DNA of 64,000 nt from a virus (lineage: Duplodnaviria > Caudoviricetes), in IMG/VR virus record IMGVR_UViG_3300025689_000001, positions 32,001-96,000 of that record. One strand, written 5' to 3'. A program made the position numbers and the translations under genes. Below the pieces are notes generated by a model. That model saw nothing but the letters and a program-made list of their open reading frames with translations. It had not been told where the DNA came from and did no database searches. This document shows, one piece after another, positions 60,384-64,000 of the stretch. How positions within the stretch are numbered: position 1 is the stretch's first letter; every line of letters begins with the position of its first letter.

Positions 60384-60408
60384 AGCAAGAGCCGAAAGGC
60401 TCTTGCAA
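60384..60408 (+). terminator. GNRA-capped hairpin
   Basis: GCAAGAGCC-GAAA-GGCTCTTGC. Confidence 0.55.
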
Positions 60409-60454
60409 GACCAGATCGAATAAGCTAACTGAATTAACGAAAGGATTTGATTTA

Positions 60455-60697
60455 ATGAAAAATTTAACAATGGTGGAACTTATGCTCATGTGCCTTACTC
60501 CGCAGTTAGAAGTTGATAATGCTTGTCAGTATGTCAAGGCAGTATGTGAGATAGTAAACCGCACAGAACGTCTGACAAGAGAACAGCGGAATGTTATTAA
60601 GGGCTTTTTAGAAGAATGTCAGATGTGGCACAGCACAAAAGACAAGATGTGGCTTGAATCGGCAATAGACCATTTGAACACATATATAAACGCATAA
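60455..60697 (+). CDS. hypothetical protein
   Basis: AAAGGA RBS; MKNLTMVELMLMCL... Confidence 0.7.
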   Translation: MKNLTMVELMLMCLTPQLEVDNACQYVKAVCEIVNRTERLTREQRNVIKGFLEECQMWHSTKDKMWLESAIDHLNTYINA

Positions 60698-60700
60698 AGG

Positions 60701-60727
60701 GAAGCGGTCGAAAGACCGCTTTCTCTT
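60701..60727 (+). terminator. intrinsic terminator
   Basis: AAGCGGTC-GAAA-GACCGCTTTTC. Confidence 0.8.
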
Positions 60728-60790
60728 AACATTTTGTTCCCACACCACACCAACAAGTAAATCAATTAACTTAAAGAAAGAGGTATCATT

Positions 60791-61333
60791 ATGAATATGG
60801 TTAAATTAAACAACAAGCTCACAGCACAGGTTATCAGCTTTACGGAGGTTATGCAGTCATATCAGGGAATAGAACAGGCAAACAGTTTTTACACATATCA
60901 CAGAGAGAATGGAGCAGAAGTCCTTGATATTGACTTTAGACTAAAGGTCAATGACAATGGTCTGATAGTATCAATCAATAAGAGTTATGACAGAGACGCT
61001 ATTTCAGGCGGTCACTACACAGAGGACACACAGACAGAAGTTGATATAAACGCCCTTGAAACGTGGTTAGAAGATAACGGTATATATAGCAAACAGGCTC
61101 ACAGCATAGCAAACAGGCTTTTTAATACAGTTCTTTGTATTGCAATGTGGGAAGCAATGGAAACTGAATTTTATACAGCACTTTACACTGAATATCAAAA
61201 ATGTTCGTGTGAAACTGAAACGGCGGTTAAAATCTTACTTGAAAAGTTAACTGATTTTACAGACCGCTACTATGTGCAAAAAGTTTGGTTAGAAATTCAG
61301 AAAAATGAAGAAGGAATAAACAAACTTTTCTGA
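60791..61333 (+). CDS. hypothetical protein (180 aa)
   Basis: AAAGAGGT RBS; no TAG. Confidence 0.75.
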   Translation: MNMVKLNNKLTAQVISFTEVMQSYQGIEQANSFYTYHRENGAEVLDIDFRLKVNDNGLIVSINKSYDRDAISGGHYTEDTQTEVDINALETWLEDNGIYSKQAHSIANRLFNTVLCIAMWEAMETEFYTALYTEYQKCSCETETAVKILLEKLTDFTDRYYVQKVWLEIQKNEEGINKLF

Positions 61334-61339
61334 AAAATC

Positions 61340-61375
61340 GGGAACGGGATTGATAAAAAATCCCGTTCCTTTTTG
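61340..61375 (+). terminator. intrinsic terminator
   Basis: GGAACGGGATT...AATCCCGTTCCTTTTT. Confidence 0.8.
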
Positions 61376-61389
61376 TTTAGTCATACCCC

Positions 61390-61560
61390 GAACGGTGAAA
61401 AGTTATGAACAAAATGTGAATAAAGTTTTTTCATTTTACCAAACAATAACGGTGAAAAGTTGTGAACAAAATATGAACAAACATACCCCATTTCGTTCAT
61501 AGTTTGTTCATAAATTCTCACCGTTATAACGGTGAAAAGTTGTTACGAAATTATGAATAA
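61390..61560. repeat. palindromic intergenic repeat, copy A plus two half copies
   Basis: TCACCGTTATAACGGTGA perfect 18-bp palindrome at 61518-61535; half sites AACGGTGAAAAGTTRTGAAC at ~61391 and ~61448. Confidence 0.85.
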
Positions 61561-61574
61561 GTTAAAACTTTTTC

Positions 61575-61685
61575 CACTTTCACACGCTAAAGTGCTAAAC
61601 CCCTAAAGTGGTAAAGCGTTAAAGTGTACCCGCTTTAGCACGTTAAAGTGCTAAAATGTTTTTCCCACTTTACAGCGTTAAAGCG
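61575..61685. repeat. 8-bp-period (T)AAAG(T/C)G / C(A/G)CTTT repeat cluster
   Basis: GCTAAAGT GCTAAACC CCTAAAGT GGTAAAGC GTTAAAGT; three C(A/G)CTTT-N8-AAAG(T/C)G dyads. Confidence 0.8.
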
Positions 61686-61951
61686 AGCTGTGACCTGCAA
61701 GCTGTGACCTGTTAGCCACCCCTAACCTGTAAATCTTTAGCTGAGTTTGCGACCTGCTCCGAGCTGCTCCTGCTCCGTTATTTTGAACAGTTCCACCTCA
61801 TTTATTATAAATGTTTTTGTGGATTTTGCACAACAATATATTATTATATATATCTATATATAAATGTATAATACCCGTTGTGCATATTGTATATAAATCT
61901 ATTTGCAATTTCTATTTCTTTGTGTAATATGTAGAAAAATGTTATTATGAC

Positions 61952-61980
61952 TTGACAAACCCCTTTTGATGTGATATAAT
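61952..61980 (+). promoter_or_regulatory. consensus sigma-A promoter
   Basis: TTGACA-17-TATAAT. Confidence 0.85.
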
Positions 61981-62025
61981 ATATATAGTAAAGGGGATAA
62001 ACCCCTAAAGAAAGGACTTGATTAA

Positions 62026-62166
62026 ATGAAAAAGGTTAAATGGTATCGCTACACATTCGCAGACGGTTGTGTCTCTATTGTAAGAGGTTACAGCAGACAC
62101 GAACTCTCTATTATGGAGCGTGACCACGGCAAACTCATTTCCAAAGTGTTCGAGGGGTGGGCATAA
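62026..62166 (+). CDS. small hypothetical protein (46 aa, MKKVKWYRYTFADG...)
   Basis: GAAAGGA RBS downstream of a promoter; ends TAA. Confidence 0.7.
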   Translation: MKKVKWYRYTFADGCVSIVRGYSRHELSIMERDHGKLISKVFEGWA

Positions 62167-62344
62167 TGGACGGCAGAAAATGGTTGGGGTGGTGGATAGT
62201 CACCACTCCACAGGGCAAAGAGTACGCAACGGAATACTATGAGGGCGACACATACGACGAGGCTTAGCCGATGCAGTCGCCACATTTGGAGAGGGAACGA
62301 CAGTCAAAAGTGGGCCGCCGTTCGCAAGTATCAAGGGTGATTAA
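62166..62344 (+). pseudogene. small ORF with an apparent 1-nt frameshift near 62264
   Basis: ATG overlaps the upstream TAA; MDGRKWLGWW...YDEA then a shifted frame reads LADAVATFGEGTTVKSGPPFASIKGD-TAA. Confidence 0.4.
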
Positions 62345-62359
62345 GTTCACCCTTTTTAC

Positions 62360-62426
62360 TTATTCATATTTCGTTCACATATTCTTACCGTTATAACGGA
62401 AAAGAAATATGAACAGACTATGAACA
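62360..62426. repeat. palindromic intergenic repeat, copy B
   Basis: CCGTTATAACGG at 62388-62399 flanked by TTCAYA and TGAAC tandem boxes. Confidence 0.85.
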
Positions 62427-62489
62427 CTCATTCGTCAGGTTGCACAATTTCGCCGCCAGATTGTTGATAATCTTTTACACTCATAGGTA

Positions 62490-62518
62490 TTGACATTTAT
62501 ATTATATTGTGGTATAAT
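62490..62518 (+). promoter_or_regulatory. consensus sigma-A promoter
   Basis: TTGACA-17-TATAAT. Confidence 0.85.
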
Positions 62519-62607
62519 GGTTATAGTAAAGGAAAGGGAAAGGAACGTAAACACACCGTTGAAGCAGTTCGCCTTTACATTATATAATGAATAGGAGTTG
62601 TTTATTT

Positions 62608-62853
62608 ATGAACGCAATCACACAGGACATTCTTAATATCAAGGTGGAGAACATCAACTACGCACTCGGTCTTACTTCTAACAAGTATTTCATTCAGAAA
62701 GCATACGGCGGCTATCGTCTGTGCAAGACAACAAACAGTGCAGGCGGTTGTGCAGACATTACAGAGCGTATGACCAAAAAGGAACTTGCAAAAGTTCTTG
62801 ACGGTATTTATAATACCATTCGTGCAAGTGGACTTATGGCAACAGAAAAATGA
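62608..62853 (+). CDS. hypothetical protein
   Basis: AGGAG RBS; MNAITQDILNIKVENINYALG... Confidence 0.75.
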   Translation: MNAITQDILNIKVENINYALGLTSNKYFIQKAYGGYRLCKTTNSAGGCADITERMTKKELAKVLDGIYNTIRASGLMATEK

Positions 62854-62879
62854 CATCTTCAAAACACACTTCATTATAA

Positions 62880-62911
62880 AGACGGACGGCGGCAATAGTC
62901 GCCGTCTGTCG
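62880..62911 (+). terminator. hairpin/terminator
   Basis: GACGGACGGCGGC-AATA-GTCGCCGTCTGTC. Confidence 0.6.
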
Positions 62912-62975
62912 TTTACATTTTGTTCATAATTTCTCACCGTTATAACGGAAAAAACTTATTACGAAATTATGAACA
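62911..62975. repeat. palindromic intergenic repeat, copy C
   Basis: CCGTTATAACGG at 62937-62948 with flanking boxes. Confidence 0.85.
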
Positions 62976-63097
62976 AAGTGTTAAAAAAGTTTTTTTATTT
63001 TACAAATAAAAGTCTACCCACGTTTAGAAACTTTGCACAAATAAAAGTTACCGTGCCACAGGATTTTGTGCATTCATACAAAAATATTTCTACCCTA

Positions 63098-63125
63098 TTG
63101 ACAAATACCCATTATGTAGTATAAT
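63098..63125 (+). promoter_or_regulatory. sigma-A promoter
   Basis: TTGACA-16-TATAAT. Confidence 0.7.
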
Positions 63126-63173
63126 AATAGTATCAAAGGGATACACTCCCCCAACTGAAAGGACTTGATTTTG

Positions 63174-63551
63174 ATGAAAGAATTAACCAATGGAAACACC
63201 GCACATATCAATGAGTACACAAAGCGACTTTGCCAAATTCAAACAGATATGCTTGCAAGGTTAGAGGAACTAAAGCCGATACACTCCAAACTTGAAAGAC
63301 AGATACAAGAGGTTTTGCATTTACTTGAATTTGAAATGCTTAACGCGCCACAAAGAGCAAAGGCAGTCAAGCGGCTAACAGATTTAAGAAAAGAAAGACG
63401 TATTGTCAAACAGGAAATATATGATATAAATCAGGCACTTAAAACATTTACTTTTCACGCAGACAAACAGCCAAAATGGGAATATCAAATGCAGTACACA
63501 TACAGCACCGATACAGTCAAGGCTATTTTCGGAGAGGATAACGGCGAGTAA
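63174..63551 (+). CDS. hypothetical coiled-coil protein
   Basis: GAAAGGA RBS; no TAG. Confidence 0.75.
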   Translation: MKELTNGNTAHINEYTKRLCQIQTDMLARLEELKPIHSKLERQIQEVLHLLEFEMLNAPQRAKAVKRLTDLRKERRIVKQEIYDINQALKTFTFHADKQPKWEYQMQYTYSTDTVKAIFGEDNGE

Positions 63552-63563
63552 TCGCCGTTTTCT

Positions 63564-63628
63564 CTTAACATTTTGTTCACATTTTCTCACCGTTATAACG
63601 GGAAAGAAATATGAACAGACTATGAACA
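63564..63628. repeat. palindromic intergenic repeat, copy D
   Basis: CCGTTATAACGG at 63590-63601; right flank AAAGAAATATGAACAGACTATGAACA identical to copy B. Confidence 0.85.
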
Positions 63629-63681
63629 GGCAGTTGTGCAGATTGCACATAAAAAGAATAAAATTGTTGAAAATGTTTTAC

Positions 63682-63710
63682 TTGACTTTTGGCTTGAAAT
63701 GTGGTATTAT
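63682..63710 (+). promoter_or_regulatory. sigma-A promoter
   Basis: TTGACT-17-TATTAT with TG extension. Confidence 0.7.
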
Positions 63711-63767
63711 ATATATAGAGGGAAAAAGAAATACAATCCCCCGACTTATAGAATGGAGTGTAGAACA

Positions 63768-63935
63768 ATGAGAAGAAGATTAAACAAAAAGCATTTAGTG
63801 GAGTTCATCATCGGTGCAATGGGTTGGCTTTGCATTATATGGTTAGTAGCAAGTGTCATTGATACCGATTTACACAACACAACACCGAATCCGATTTATG
63901 CGGATTGGAATATATTTAATATCTTATTTAATTAA
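63768..63935 (+). CDS. small membrane protein
   Basis: GGAG RBS; basic N-terminus then a hydrophobic helix (FIIGAMGWLCIIWLVASVI). Confidence 0.7.
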   Translation: MRRRLNKKHLVEFIIGAMGWLCIIWLVASVIDTDLHNTTPNPIYADWNIFNILFN

Positions 63936-63951
63936 AAGGAGTTGTTTTATT

Positions 63952-64000
63952 ATGGTAATGGTAAGAAACAGAAAAGGCACATACGGACTGACAAAGGACG
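63952..64000 (+). CDS. hypothetical protein (partial, runs off the window)
   Basis: AAAGGAG RBS then ATG. Confidence 0.55.
   Translation, partial: MVMVRNRKGTYGLTKD

Noticed and set aside
61390-63630. CRISPR array
   Set aside because: The repeats are degenerate and hundreds of bp apart, separated by promoters and genes rather than uniform spacers. No cas genes.
1106-63768. Numerous antisense or alternate-frame track ORFs (e.g. 1106-1531, 9664-9969, 44450-44923, 51295-51690, 59473-59787, 62602-62937)
   Set aside because: They shadow well-supported genes or regulatory DNA, and lack RBSs and recognisable motifs.
1-64000. Suppressor tRNA (CUA), other tRNAs, or a release-factor gene
   Set aside because: No cloverleaf or such gene was recognised by eye in this window. 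A tRNAscan run is needed to be sure.

Overview
This window is 64 kb of a large, AT-rich tailed bacteriophage with a long-tail (siphovirus-like) gene order. Its sigma-A promoters and GGAGG/GAGGTG ribosome-binding sites point to a Firmicutes host. The phage reads TAG as a sense codon, almost certainly Gln (genetic code 15). The fragmented ORF track collapses into intact genes once TAG is read through, and the reconstructed genes end in TAA or TGA. Layout: (1) 1-14.1 kb (+) is a replication/metabolism module, with a DNA polymerase III alpha (dnaE) gene split into 6 exons by five endonuclease-carrying group I introns, followed by ClpP-like, dUTPase and RuvC-like genes. (2) 14.1-59.4 kb (-) is the virion morphogenesis module: terminase, portal, protease-scaffold, decoration, major capsid, neck genes, five tandem paralogous tail-tube-like genes, a ~2650 aa tape measure, a CHAP lysin, a ~1080 aa Dit-like protein and a ~2140 aa tail tip protein. 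(3) 59.5-64 kb (+) is a divergent early-type region of small genes, arranged as promoter-gene-terminator cassettes separated by a conserved palindromic repeat. Other observations: TAG codons are distributed very unevenly (absent from dnaE and the high-copy virion proteins), the GCCGC/GCGGC pentamer appears over-represented while GATC appears avoided, and there is a candidate phage late-promoter motif. Coordinates of read-through genes were derived by hand from frame arithmetic. No database searches or counts were run.
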